NCBI RefSeq assembly: GCF_018350175.1
Contig: NC_058383.1
Location: forward strand, 12,588,001 to 12,648,000
Length of the DNA stretch: 60,000 nt
From: Felis catus
Lineage: Eukaryota
Direction of reading: 5' to 3'
Below the pieces are notes generated by a model. The model worked only from the letters and a program-made list of their open reading frames with translations, made no database searches and was not told the DNA's origin. Position numbers and translations under genes: made by a program. This document shows positions 11,936 through 24,665 of the stretch, one piece after another (within the stretch, counting starts at the first letter, position 1; every line of letters begins with the position of its first letter).

Positions 11936-12544
11936 CTCGCTCACCAGCCATGGTGGTCTGGCACTCCCAGCTGGATGGCAAAGGGCTGGAAGGCTCAGAT
12001 CAGCCCAGGCGAGTTACCATCAGAAGCCAAAAGACACTCTCGCCTCACAAAGCCCAGCTGAAAGAGACTCTAAGTTTTGCCATTTGTGGTCCCTGTTGCT
12101 ATGGGAATAGAATGCCTCGTATGTGGCGTATCCATGTAAGAGGAATGTGTCTTCCAAGCATGACCTTGAGTGGCATTCCCACATCTGGCAGCACCAGAGG
12201 CCACTATAGGAGCCCTTGAGTCTAAAACAGGGGGCACACACCTCCCCTGCCCCTCCTCTGCCCTTCTCTTTATCCCCTCCCCCTCTGTCTGTCCCCCTCT
12301 TCTCTCTGGCCCTTCCTCTTAAGCCCAAACACTCAGATAACCAACTGGCTTCTCAGAATCTCCTGTCCTAAAGATCAGCGTCTCGTCTGTGCAAAGGCAA
12401 GTAACTAAATCCCCCCCCCCCCAAGGTCACGGGGACACTTCGGGCAATTTTGTCTGCTCCATAACGGCGGGGTCCACGTTAACGCAGCCCCTCTCACTGG
12501 CTGTGGCCTGGATGGCGGACAGGGGTAGCAAAGAAAGGAAGCAA

Positions 12545-12712
12545 ACATTGACTGAGCAATTACTCCGCGTCACTCTGTCCAGGGGGGGCTCTTCCTCAAT
12601 TTGCTGAGCCGTGCCAGTCAGGAGGCATTACTTCCTCCATCTTTCTAGGTCAAGCAGTTGAGGCCTACTGATCTCCAGGAGCGATTAAGGTGTGAACCCA
12701 AGACTTGAGCGT
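12545..12712 (-). mobile_element. MIR remnant
   Basis: AACATTGACTGAGCAATTACT...AAGCAGTTGAGGC...GTGAACCCAAG. Confidence 0.5.
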
Positions 12713-13101
12713 AACTGAGATTCTCTGTATCCCCCTCGGGTCCCCGAGTTTCGTCTCACGGATAACGAGGGATCAGCATCTCCAGTACTTTCCCCTTCTA
12801 ATCCACCTTCAGGGCCTCAAGCAGGTTACCTTCCGTTGAACCGTTGACCCCCCCCCCCCTTCCCGCTGTATCGCGGAGATACTCAAAGGGTTGGGAGGGC
12901 AACAAGCGAGGGGGAAGAAATCAGCCACCCCGCATCGTAGGTCCCTTGGTCCTCGTTGGTTGGCCGGTGTGGGCTCATGTTTCCCACCTACTGGCCACGT
13001 CGGAAAACTCTGATGTGCTCTCTGTGCGAGTTGGGGGACACTGCCTCCCCAGCCCCATCCTCTTGTTCTGGTCCCAATTTCCACTCTGCCCTACGTGAAG
13101 G

Positions 13102-13295
13102 CAGTGATTCTCAGAGTGCGGTTCCGAGGCAGCCGCTTCAGCCTCACGGAAGAACTTGCTAGAAATACAGTTTCAGGCCCCTCCCTGGCCCCACTGAATC
13201 AGCGACGCTGAGGGTGGGGCCACCCACCAGCAAACTGTCTTTTAACAAGCGCCCCAGGTGACCCCCCCCAGCACTCCCACGTTTGCAAACCCCTG
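13102..13295 (+). mobile_element. MER5A hAT-Charlie DNA transposon
   Basis: CAGTGATTCTCAGAGTGCGG...GAACTTGCTAGAAATACA...ACTGAATCAG...TTTTAACAAGC...CAGGTGA...TTTGCAAACCCCTG; ~190 bp. Confidence 0.88.
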
Positions 13296-13389
13296 ATTTT
13301 AAAGGCTGTTCTCCCGCCCTACGAACGCGGTACCTCTTTCCAGCCCGCCCTCCACCCCTTTTATTTCCCGTAGGACCCAATTTGAGAAG

Positions 13390-14210
13390 GGTGGCATTTC
13401 AGTGGCAGGTGAGATTTAAACACTGCTAAAACTGACATTTTTCCTCATTTCCAGCTCTGTCAGATACCTGATTGCAATTTTATAATACTCCAGAGGCAGC
13501 CCCCCCCCCCCGTCAGAAAATACCAATGCGAAATAAGAGCGGATTATTTTAAAATGCCGGTTGGCACATTGATGCCACTGGCCGTTTATACTGACTAATT
13601 AATCCCGATTTGACCTGAATTAATGCCTGATCCATGTAAAATGATGGAGATTTGCTGGCATGCAGTAAATTCGAGAATTAAGACCCAAAGGCATGGGGGA
13701 GAGGATTCGGCATCAGACAACCGTGAGGAGTAAAGTCCTTCTTCAACGGGTGCGTTCTTTGAGGGCCAGTATGTCTCCCTTTCTCCTCCCCGCCCCCATG
13801 CCTCCTTCGAGGAGAAAAAAAATTGCCAAGACTCGAGCATATTGTCTCCCCGTCTCCCCAATAAAGGTAAACTGACAGGGCTTTCAATGAAAGGCTCTGC
13901 ATGATCGGAATTAAATGTCAAATACGATTTTCTGTTGGCAATTCAAAGCGTTGGTGTCAAAACCGTAACTGACAGCACGACTGCAGATTAGTATCTGTCT
14001 GGAATGGTGGCGTCACAGTGCGGGGAAGGTTTATGATTTAGTAGATTAACACAGCTCACGCTACCACTTACGAGAGAATTTGTTCAAGCCGGAGCCGATT
14101 AGATGGTGACTGCCGATGAGCGGGAGAGCCCCTCCCCCGAAGTTCGGTCGGGCGCTTGATGGTTCCCCTTGCCCCCTGTGGGGGTCTGCCATCGTTACGG
14201 GTGACAGGCA
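13390..14210. promoter_or_regulatory. Candidate conserved developmental enhancer
   Basis: No recognisable repeat; seven TGACA/TGTCA cores, TAATTAATCC, GGATTA, TTTATGATTTA, TTCAAAG; function inferred from motifs only. Confidence 0.45.
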
Positions 14211-15220
14211 GCAGAGGTGAGTGGGCCACAGTCTGCCAGCAGCCAGGCTGTCTCAGGAGCCACCCGTGACGTGTGCTGGCGATGTCTCAGGGAAAATGGA
14301 GTTCTTATTGATCCAACCAATATGAAAGGGCCTTCCAGGTTGGAGATTTGATTTATTTAGCTTCTGCTCCTCACGTGGGATGGAGGGAGGAAGCGGGGGG
14401 GGGGCTTCCTGGCAAGTCATTGAATCACGCCCTCCACCACTAGGTTTCTTCCAGCGCTAGGGAACGCGCGGAGAGCAGGGCCCAGAGCGGTCAGCAGTCT
14501 TGCCCAAGATGACAGAGCTTGGGAGGAGGGAGAGAGGTGGTTGGTTCGTCTGGCTCGAGGCTCACAAAGTGACGGACACTGTCTTAGGCACTCTTATCTC
14601 CAACGTCTTGAGCGACAGTCACAAAGACTTAGATACTCAGAGGCAAGTGCACTCCGGACATGGGCGAGGGCTAGATCCCGACCTCTCCGCTCAGCGTTCT
14701 CTGTGACATCTTACGAAGAAGTACCCCTAGAGCAGATACTCCAACCGAAAAGGGGATAAAAGGGCTTTGGAAACCATCTTGCACACACTGCATGTCATTT
14801 CTGCCGAGTGACAGTCCATAGGACCCAGATAATAAAATAAAGAAAATGGATGCTCTGTGTCTTGACCGGCCGTAAATCGTAACCGGTCTTCCGCAAGCCT
14901 GATTTAAGAGTTTCATCTCGCACCGACCATGTTTGCTCTTTCTTTCCGCCCCCCCCCCCCCCCCCGCCTCTTGTCCCCACTCCTGGGGAAGAGGGAGGAA
15001 CGGTGAAAGCCGTCAGTTCAGAGCAGCATTTATATTATCCAACAACGGCAGGATGTGACAGCATAGGAGACTCACAAGATAATGTTGAGACTCTGGTTTT
15101 AGAATGTTTACTCTCTTCTGGGTGAACTCTGACATCCAAACGCATTAATGCGGTGCCATTTGCAACTCTCATGCCAATCTCTATCCTTGTAAGTATCAGA
15201 ATTTTAATGCCTGCTTCCCT

Positions 15221-15416
15221 GTTTGAGTTATGGTAATTTATTGTAATAGTGTATTTTGACCTTTTCAGTATTTTGTATTTTTATTGGATAGCTGTTTCAC
15301 CTCTTCCCTCGAGGGTTAGCCAGGCTGAAAATGAGAGAGAATGGTAAGACCAACCAATCAAAATACAGAATATTAAAAAGGTCAACACACAAGAGCAAAC
15401 TACTAATTTGGCAAAC
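15221..15416. repeat. Long imperfect inverted repeat (palindromic element, family unassigned)
   Basis: Arms 15256-15287 and 15354-15385 are reverse complements at 28/32 positions; weaker symmetry extends outwards. Confidence 0.9.
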
Positions 15417-16989
15417 ACACAAGCTCAAAGAGAATAAAGGCTCCAAACAGCATGGTGGCCAGAGGAAGAATAAGGGGGCGGAAGGAAGCTAAGGGGGTCC
15501 TCTCAACCTGTAACCGAGCAGTTAGTCCAACCACTGAGTGTAAACTCGTCCGTCATCCCAACCAAAGGAGAGGAGAAAGCCAGTGCATCCTCCAAAGGGT
15601 GTCAACACCATTTCTGTTTCCACCTGGTCAATGGAGATGGCAAAGAGAGGCGGTGGGGTTGAAAGGTCCGAGCCCAGAGACGCCAGGAGACCTTCAGAGA
15701 AAATGTGGAATGACCAAAGGATGCACCAAAGACACCATGTTTAACCCCCTACCTACACGCCGACGAATGTGTCCAGAGTCTGGGACGGGTGTTTCTCTCT
15801 TTCTTTTTGGAAACTCTCCAGGGAGGGAAGTCCTCAACCTCTCCCATGGACTCTTCCTAGTTGCACTAAACTAAAGAATGATAACAAGCTTGGCTGCCTA
15901 TCAAGGTTAATAGGACCATTAGAAATTCAAAGCATACTAACTCAAGTGGACTTCCAGGTCTAGTCTACCGGAGGCCATGGCCATCCAGTAACCAGGAAAC
16001 ACACTGAACCAATTACCAGGGTGTGGCCCCTCGCCCGCTGAAACTCACACTGTTGTTAGCAAAACACAGCAACATACACAGAAGGTGTTCGATATCCCAG
16101 GATGATTGGCACCAGGAAAGGGACACTTGAAGGGAATCCAGGTGCAACAGGGACCCAAACTCTCAGGGTAAAGAGGGAAACGATTTTGACTGCCCTTTCA
16201 TCTCGAAAAATAAGATGACGATTTATGAAGAGGTCATCTTGTTTTGTTTTCTATTTAATAAAATGGAGGTTAAAATTCTAATCATATTCTCAAAGTACAA
16301 AGGATTAAGGGTTGACTGGGAAGTCGGGGCACAAGTCTCTCAGCAAAATTTTATGTTAATATAGATACATCGCCCTTCACAGCACCTTGGGAACAATCAC
16401 AAAAAGCACAACTTTTATGAAATATTCAGAGGACTATTTTATAAATATTCAGGGCACTAATATAAGTGCCCCCTCTAAATTCTTTTATACTCCGGCTTTT
16501 CTCTGCCTTAACAGCTCGATCTATGATTCCGTTGGCTGATTTCCTAGTGTTCAGTTGTAATCTGGGAGATCCTTGTTTGTTGACATTTTCAAGCAATCTG
16601 AACCATCCCACTAGATCACGTCCGTCAAGCTCATGAAATCCTGTGTTGTTTACAAAATTTGCAATTTCCACTTGCTTTTGATTTGCACTGTGCTGACAAA
16701 ACATCTGAAAATCATCTGCAAAACTGGCCAAACATTGATGTCATACAGGTTTGTGTTACACAGAGTTATGTTTGAGTTGGGTCTAATTTTTAAAGTCTGC
16801 CAAGTGAATATTTGATGGCTGTTAATTCCCTGTGTGAATTTTTAACGACAGGTACTCTCACAATGAAAAACTCAGGCACGTGGAGCCCCGGTTTATCTAA
16901 GCGCAAACCAGAATATTTTCGACCTAAAACACTCCGTAACAGACACGAAGAAAAGGGACTGCTGAAGTATATCCAACCATTAACACTTT

Positions 16990-17205
16990 TTTTAAAGTTT
17001 TTTTTTCAACGTTTTTTATTTATTTTTGGGACAGAGAGAGACAGAGCATGAACGGGGGAGGGGCAGAGAGAGAGGGAGACACAGAATCGGAAACAGGCTC
17101 CAGGCTATCAGCCCAGAGCCTGACGCGGGGCTCGAACTCACGGACCGCGAGATCGTGACCTGGCTGAAGTCGGACGCTTAACCGACTGCGCCACCCAGGT
17201 GCCCC
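16990..17205 (-). mobile_element. Young Can-SINE (SINEC_Fc type) with small internal deletion
   Basis: Perfect 16-bp TSD CAACCATTAACACTTT (16974-16989, 17206-17221). Confidence 0.97.
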
Positions 17206-17429
17206 CAACCATTAACACTTTGTAGTCTGACTCTTAGGTATGGCGGGCCCAGCAGGTTACGTCGTAGGAGAAGAATTTGGGGGTTAGAAACACTATATAG
17301 ATTTGCAATGGCTGTTCTCTAAGAATATTTAATACGTACCATACTCAGATTACACTGTTAAATTAAAAAACGCTCTCTCAAAAAACACATGTTGCACATG
17401 ATCCCTGTTTTTAGAAAAACTATCCTTTA

Positions 17430-17645
17430 TTAAACATTTACTGGGTACCACGAACTGTACTTTGCACTTTATATGCCTTATATTGTTCAATTCTCGTAAC
17501 AGCCCGGGAGAAAGGCATCGATACCTACAAGTTATAGGTAATGAAATAAAACCCAGAAGTCAAGCAACTTGCCCGAGATGAAATGTGTAATTAGTGGCAA
17601 AGACTCAGTCCTGACCCCAGGCTCCGACTCTTAACCTACTCCATC
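17430..17645 (-). mobile_element. MIR remnant
   Basis: AAACATTTACTGGGTACC...AGTCAAGCAACTTGCCCGAG...AATTAGTGGCA. Confidence 0.7.
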
Positions 17646-17816
17646 ACAGTACATAGGAAAGGCTTCTAGAAAAATGAAGCTACCGGGTAAGATCGTGAAT
17701 GCCTGTATTCGCTTCTTTGTAGTTTGCCACATTTTCCACGCTTTCTAAATTAAAAGTGATTGATTTGTACTCCGAGAAAAGAAAGCTAGTTTTTATTGTA
17801 ACAAGTTAAAGTTCGA

Positions 17817-18030
17817 GGAGCATCTGGGTGGCTCAGTCGGTTGACCGTCTGACTCTCGATTTCAGCTCAGGGCAGGATCTCACGGGCCATGAGATCAAGC
17901 CCTGCATCGGATTCAACGCAGAGCCTGTTTAGGATTCTTTCTCTCCCTCTCTCTCTCTCTGCCCCTTCCCATGCTCATGCTCTCTCTCTCTCTCTCTCTC
18001 AAAGTAAGTGTATAAACTTAAAAAAAGAAA
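17817..18030 (+). mobile_element. Can-SINE (older)
   Basis: A box TGGCTCAGTCGG, (CT)n, tail; degenerate TSD AAG(T/G)TAAAGTT(C/A)GA. Confidence 0.92.
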
Positions 18031-21000
18031 AAGGTAAAGTTAGAGACTAGAAATCACCATGTTGCTTGTAGCTAAAAGGCAGAGCTTTGTAGAGAAACAG
18101 GAAAGAAAGTCTGGCTCAGTTACAGCTTGAGGGAAGTCTCCCAGCTGACAAGCAGCCTTCAGATGGAGAGTTTGGCACATCCTGTAAGTGCCGCTGACAT
18201 AGACACTGCCCACTTGACCTACTGAGCAGCTTAAAAGAAATGGCGTGTGTGATAGAAAAGAACAGTGACCCGTCAGAGCCGGAGACAAGGACGTCTCCCA
18301 CATCCTATGGAGACCCATAGGACTGCCTGTCCCCTCGCCCCACGGGCCCCACCTACAGCCCAATCCTCCCTCTGCTGTGAGGCCGACTCTGTCCCAGGTC
18401 AGAGCACTGAGCCCCACAGGAGGATTGCTAGCCTCTCCAAGACTTCAGCTCCCCAAGAATGGGGCCCTGCCTTCCCGCGGGCCTCGGAGACTGCCTGGGG
18501 CTGTCCCAGCTACCTGGGCCTCCTGAAGTCACCCGTGCGCCAGCAAGGCCCAGCCCGGCTCCAGCTGGGGCTCACAGCACCGCCAGCCATACCTTCAGGG
18601 ACCTCACCGACACCGCCAACCTGATGCGTGAGCCGTCCTTGTTGTTGGCCACCACAGCCTTTCAGCCAAGCTACGCATTCACGGTCACAGTCTGGTCCCA
18701 AGTCTTTAACCCGGGCTTTGCACGGTGCGCTACAGGGAGCTGAGGTTCTGTTCTCTTTGCTGCCAGAGGGGCAGGTGGACCCTGGACCCTGCCTCTCTCT
18801 CAAGCAAACGGAGTGTACCAGGGCATGCACGATTGGGGCAGCATGGACTTCGAGCCGCCCTGGTGGGTTTTCTTTGTCCCCACACACCATCCTCTTCCCT
18901 CTCCGACCTCCTGAGCTCCTGCTTTCTCCCCGGTAGCTGAAAAAATTATAATGGCGTTGCTTGTTTACGGTGTATCAGGCGCTCTTACGATTGCTTTACG
19001 TCTAGACAGCCATGACATGAATGACAAGTTCTCTGGGCCTCTTTTGCTTCCCCTGAGAAGCGGGGCAGTTTAATGAGACCCTCTCCAGTCTTCTCTGGGA
19101 GCTCCCGGAATGAGGGCCAGAATTACCACGGCCTCGTCGCCTTACATGGTTTGAGAGGACGGCACCTTTCAAGGAAAGGAGATCAATGTAGAAATACAGA
19201 GGAACGCTTTCTCTAGGATGCAGTGTTCAAGCCCTTAACCTGACCTTGAAGAAAGAAAAAGTTGTGTTGGGATTTCTAGTAGAAGTGGAATAATCGGAGG
19301 AGGAGTTGGCATCCGATAGAGGAAGGACGTTCATGGCGAAGTGGCATCCAAGAGCTCGGGATGGAATTGTGGAAGATGGGTCAGTTGGAAAATCAAGTCC
19401 AACAGGAAGAAAACAGCTTTCAGGGAGTTACAATCCCAGACCCAGGTTCAGCAACATGACTGGGCCTCTCCACACAGCACTAACCAAGAGCTAATATATA
19501 GTATTTATTCGAGAAAGATGGTTCCAGGGTAAGGAATGAGATTTAGTTACCATAACACACATTACTTCTTGGAGCTCCCAGTTCCCCTATGAGAAAAGCC
19601 ATTTTTCTTTTTCAATATACGTCTGATGTTTGCAATCCGTAGGGCTGTTGTCAAATGGTTTCCACTTACTTGAAAAGACAACTTCTCTGCCTTGAGGTTT
19701 TACCTATTAGATCTTGGTGCTGGTATCCATTGCTGTGGCATTACACCAGCTACGGAATTACGCACAGGGACGACAAACATCACCTGTCATCCTTGCCCAG
19801 AAGTGGCTCAACATACCATATCCCACTTCGCAAATCCGGGTAAAAAACTATCGTCCAAAACAACATGAAAATCCAGAGTCCTCTCTCTCTGAGGATCCAT
19901 GGAGTCTCCCCTCTTTTTTCCAGGCTAAATAATCTGTAATTATTACCTCTTTCTCTCTTTGGTGGGATAGATCATCAAATCAACTTTTGTTCTAGGAATT
20001 TTTTTTTTTTTTCCAGCTAATTGATAACCTCCCGCCTCACAGGTACCGGGTTGGTGATAAGGGTCTTTTTCTTTATACTAAGATAGCACCTTGCTCTAAA
20101 GAGGTCTAAGCGTTTGCAAATACCGACTCATTATTTATTGCAGGTATTTCACGGAGTTCGATCGTTCTAAGTTACAGAAAAAGTAAAATCAATAACTGTT
20201 TCTTATGTAATTACTGTCCATGCAGAGCCTATGCATTTCCGTGCATTAGTCATACTCCAGTTATGGTCCGAAGTCACTACTGACCAACCGAGAACTAGTA
20301 GTATAATTATGGGAGGGTCAGAAACCCTGGGGGCCTGTGAGCTTGTACCACGACTCTCCGCTTTCGCATTTGTAAAATGACCAAGTTGTGGCTCTCTTAG
20401 GTCAGCGATATTAGGCTGTTATTCTATGCCACGTGGGCCATCTGCTCCATAAGCAGACCTGCATCAGGCACGGGGAAGACAGACACGCACGCCCTCTCTG
20501 CAGAGAGCTGGCTGCTGTCTTTCTCTTGGGCCAGTTGCCCCTCTAAACCAAAGCCAGTTCCTGTCTTGATTCCTCTAGGCAGACTTATCTGACTCCTCTG
20601 GTTCGCCTTGAACTTGCCTCAAATGAACCCTGGTCCTGTTTTAAAACTGTACCCCAGCAGGGAGCATATACTGCCATGTATTCTTCCGAGTGCTCTTTAC
20701 GGCCCGTCCAACAAACTAAATTGTGAGCACTTAACGGAAGTGCTTATGTGTTCAAGCCCCGATCCCCCAAATCAGACCAGAAACGCAGTAGGCAAGGAAT
20801 CCTTTGTTCCTTTTCTGTTTAGGTTACTAGTAATAAATTATGAAAGAGACCCTTTCTGAAAATCTAGGGGCCCAGAATATACAATTACGTCAGTGGGCTC
20901 TCACTTACAACCATGCAACTTATGTCCAAGCCAAGACCTATTTTTAGTCTCCTTTCCCCATTCCATTGTCTCCTTCCTGCTCTCTCCCTCCACTTCCCTC

Positions 21001-21464
21001 TAAGTATGCTGGCATGACCGCTATGATGCTCCTCTTTGAAATTCCTCCTTAACACCTCCCTGCGTGAATAAGCAAGGGGCACGTGGTGTGACCAAAAGGA
21101 CATGAAATTTCAGACCAATACTTCCAGCTGTGATGGAAGAAAAACTCATCACACACTGAAAATCGGGGTTGGAGGTAAAGAGCTCTTTCCCCTTCTCATC
21201 AAGAAGATACCAGATCACTGGCTATTCCTGGCGACTATGTCTTACTCCAGACCTGATGGAAAGGCGAGAAGGGACAGAAGGAATGAGTCCTACCTATTTT
21301 ATCAGTAAAGGATATCTAGAGAATTCTGCCTCTGGCAATCTGCCGTGCCAAGATACTCTGAAACAGCCTTTTACCACCAAGCTAGTCAGATGTTGGAAGA
21401 ATTACAATAAAAGTAAGTGCATTGCTGAGCTCACAAGAAAATAAGGAAAATCCCCAAGGGCAAG

Positions 21465-21497
21465 AAGGAGGAGGAGGAGGAGGAGAAGAAGGAGAAG
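21465..21497 (+). repeat. (GAG)n/(GAA)n purine triplet repeat
   Basis: Direct observation. Confidence 0.85.
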
Positions 21498-21619
21498 TTG
21501 TTTTGTAACATCAGACTTCCACGCAAAGCAAAGAAGGGGAACTTAAGAATCCTGCATTTACCAGAGGATCCCAAGGGCCACACCCTAAGTGAAAGGGATA
21601 CAAAGATGTCAACAGCACA

Positions 21620-22620
21620 TTTCACAAGCTAGACCGAAAGGATGAACATTGTTCTCTAGAACACACGGAATATTTACCAAAAAGTAAATATGTACCAGCC
21701 CACAAACAACCCTCAAAGTATTTTCAAGAATTGGGTATCCTGTAAACCGTATTTGCATACTATCTATATTCTTTTGCTACAGTGCAATTGAGATAGAAAT
21801 CAATTTTTAAATTAACTTAAAATAATAATAAATCGGAAATTTTAAAAACATGTTTCTCCATAACTCATGAATCAGCATAGAAATCATAATAGAAATGTTT
21901 AAATATTTGTAATTAAATAAAATGAAAATACCATCTATCAAAACTTGTGGCATACAGATAAAGGAGTAGGTAGAAAGAATTTATATTCAAATTATGACAT
22001 CAAAAAGGCAAGGCTGAAAATTAGCGAGTTAAACTTCCAACTTAAGAACTTGGGTGGAATAGGGGGTTGGCAGATGAGAACATACATCTAAATAAAGGAG
22101 AAGAAAGGGATGACAAACGCAAAGGAAGAAAGGACAGACATTAATGCAACAGAAAACAAAGACAAGTAGAAGGAATGAACAAATCCAAGAGTTGATTGTG
22201 TGAAAATATCAATAAAGGGGTGCCTGGGTGGCTCAGTCGGTTAAGCGTCCAACTTCAGCTCAGGTCATGATCTCACGGATTGTAGGTTCAAGCCCCGCAT
22301 CGGGCTCTGTGCTGACAGCTCAGAGCCTGGAGCCTACTTTGCATTCTGTGTCTCCCTCTCTCTCTCTCCCCCTCCCCCACTCGTGCTCTGTCTCTGTCTC
22401 TCAAAAATAAATACAGAGACATTTTAAAAAGTTAAAAAAAGAAAAAAGGAAAGATCAATAAGATACACAAATTTCTAATGAGGCAGAAAGAGAGAAGTCA
22501 CAAAGAAATAATAGAAGAAATTTTTTAAATGACATAACTAAAGATAGAGTGGAAGTTAAAAAGGATAATACGAGAATATTATGGAAAACTAAATTGGGTT
22601 AAATTAGCATGATTCCAGAA
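21620..22620 (+). mobile_element. Old L1 ORF2 fragment (end of endonuclease onward), interrupted by a SINE
   Basis: Translates to TLFSRTHGIFTK and NTIYQNLWHTDKGVGR (cf. L1 TFFSAPHHTYSK, TTYQNLWDAFKAVCR); multiple stops. Confidence 0.88.
22217..22448 (+). mobile_element. Can-SINE nested in L1
   Basis: Full body; TSD AAA(T/G)ATCAATAA. Confidence 0.96.
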
Positions 22621-24474
22621 AGGCAAAACTAATTCAATATGTAAAAACCCATTTATGTTCATCTTTCTTCCTTCATTCATTCACATCAGTTCAGAGCAAT
22701 TAAAGTCTCACTGTAACGTCACATAGTTATCTCTTTTCTTTCCTTTCCTTCTGGGTCCACTCAACCCCAGCCAAAGGAACTGCATTTGGGGCCTGGGTTT
22801 CTTTTCCAAAGACTGAGAAATTTCCCACGGGAACATTAAACACCTTCACGATGTGGTATCCCAACCTCTTGAATGTCTAATCTTTCCAGAATCTCAGGGA
22901 ATCATAAGGAAACAAATATAATCGCATGGGGCCCATTTCCAGAATATTGAGAAAAATCACTTACTCTCCAAACCAAATGCAACCATTAACTTACAATCTT
23001 AACATCAATTCCCAAGCAGATGTAATGTTTCCTGAAGCCAACATCTCATCGAATCTACATCCAGGCTGTTACCACCAATCATCCATAAGGAGCTCGTATT
23101 AGTTTGATCAAAACAACACCAGCAAACCAGAAAAATGTGAAGGAGGAGCCAGAAAATCCCATGGGGTTCACCTGTGATGGAAACACGCCAGTCATGTTTC
23201 CCAGCCATGCCAGGTGTCCAAAGCTCAGCACCTACAAAGGTAATACTCATTTGAAGGAAGCGTCTCATCAAGACCCCAGATTTGCCATATCCCGACAAAA
23301 CACCTCTTGCAAAGTGAATAAAGGACCAACCTACCACATCCTTCCTCAAGACCTTTCTTTTAAGGTTCACCCAGTAAAGCGTATTTCTCTCAACAGTTTG
23401 TGCAGGATTCCTTCCTTTGCCTCCCCAGCCCTGCATACGTGGTGCCGTAAATTTCCCTGAAGGGGGCTTAGCAGCAGCTCCCTAAACCCAGGGGCACCCT
23501 ATACCCTTCTGTCTGTACTTCTCCAAATCTGAAGGCTCTCAAGGCTTGCTTGCTTGTACAACATTTCAGTTTCTGTGGCAACTGCCTCTTCCTTGCATTC
23601 TGGAATGCCTCAGCTTTGCCTCATCATGTCATCCTCCAGGGAGAACATCCCCCTTAGTTTCCATATCTGTCCCAGCTGGAGTCACCCACTTAAAAACTTT
23701 CTCCTTTTAAAAATTTATTTATTTAAATGCAAATTTAAATACAATGTTTAACATACAATGTATTCTTGGTTTCAGGAGTAGAACCCAGACTCCCACCGGT
23801 TGAACCCGCCTACTACGTATTTCTAGGAACGTCATCGCTGAACGGGGGGAAAAAAAAATCAAGAACAAAAACAAACACAAAACTAAACAAAAACAGGACA
23901 ATAAAGTGAAATTGGAATCTGTTAATACTAAATCATGCCGCAGTCCAAATACTAAAGGCATTTTACACCAGAAGACTGCCGATTTTAAAGTGAGCTTTTT
24001 CAAGAACCCAGAAGTTTCCATCCCTGCCAAGCCCAGATTCCTACTAATCAAAATCAAGGCACAAACTCTCTCTTTGAGTTTTGCTAATGAAAACCAGAGC
24101 TCCTCTTGACAACGCAAGTTTCTTCTGGAGGCTAAACCCCCCACTTCTGTGCGTAAACTCACCTCCGTCTGCTGGAGAACAAATGTTGGCTAACGTCAAG
24201 GTAAATGGACCGGACCCGGACACCTTGGCCAGCACTGACCATGGCTGCCTTCATCCCCATCCCTCCCAGGGGAGCCCAGGGCTGAGGATTTAGCTTCAAA
24301 GCTCCATTTGGTCAAAAGCCTGGTGATCTAGGCTGAGCCCCACATGGAATTTGAAAGGTCCTCTAGTCTGTCTACCTGAAGATGTCCTGTGGAGCCCTTA
24401 GCGGCAGTGTTCCACGCCCCTTCGCAGACACGGCACATGGAACAGGCCAGGGAGGGGCCCCACTTGGCCTTTGT

Positions 24475-24665
24475 TTGTTCGTTTGTTTGTTGAGAGAGAG
24501 AGAGCACGGGCATGGGTAGAACGGAGGGGCAGACAGACAGAGAGAGAGAATCTTAAGCAGGCTCCACACTCATCACAGAGCCCCACTCATCCCACGACGT
24601 TGGGATCATGACTTGCGCCGAAATCAAGAGTCAGTGCGTGACCAACTGAGCCACCCAGGCGCACC
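24475..24665 (-). mobile_element. Can-SINE (older)
   Basis: GAGAATCTTAAGCAGGCTCCAC...CTGAGCCACCCAGGCGC; degenerate TSD around ACTTGGC. Confidence 0.92.

Noticed and set aside
15103..15195. AG...GTAAGT exon-like segment containing palindrome CGCATTAATGCG
   Set aside because: Stops in all three frames; several 12-bp palindromes are expected by chance in 60 kb
6780..21620. Two + strand L1 ORF2 pieces nearly collinear in protein coordinates, suggesting one element split by 15 kb
   Set aside because: Intervening DNA holds MIRs, unique sequence and an L1 3' end; independent insertions are simpler
23005..23460. Antiparallel 143-aa and 118-aa ORFs
   Set aside because: No recognisable family, compositionally unremarkable, no supporting splice signals
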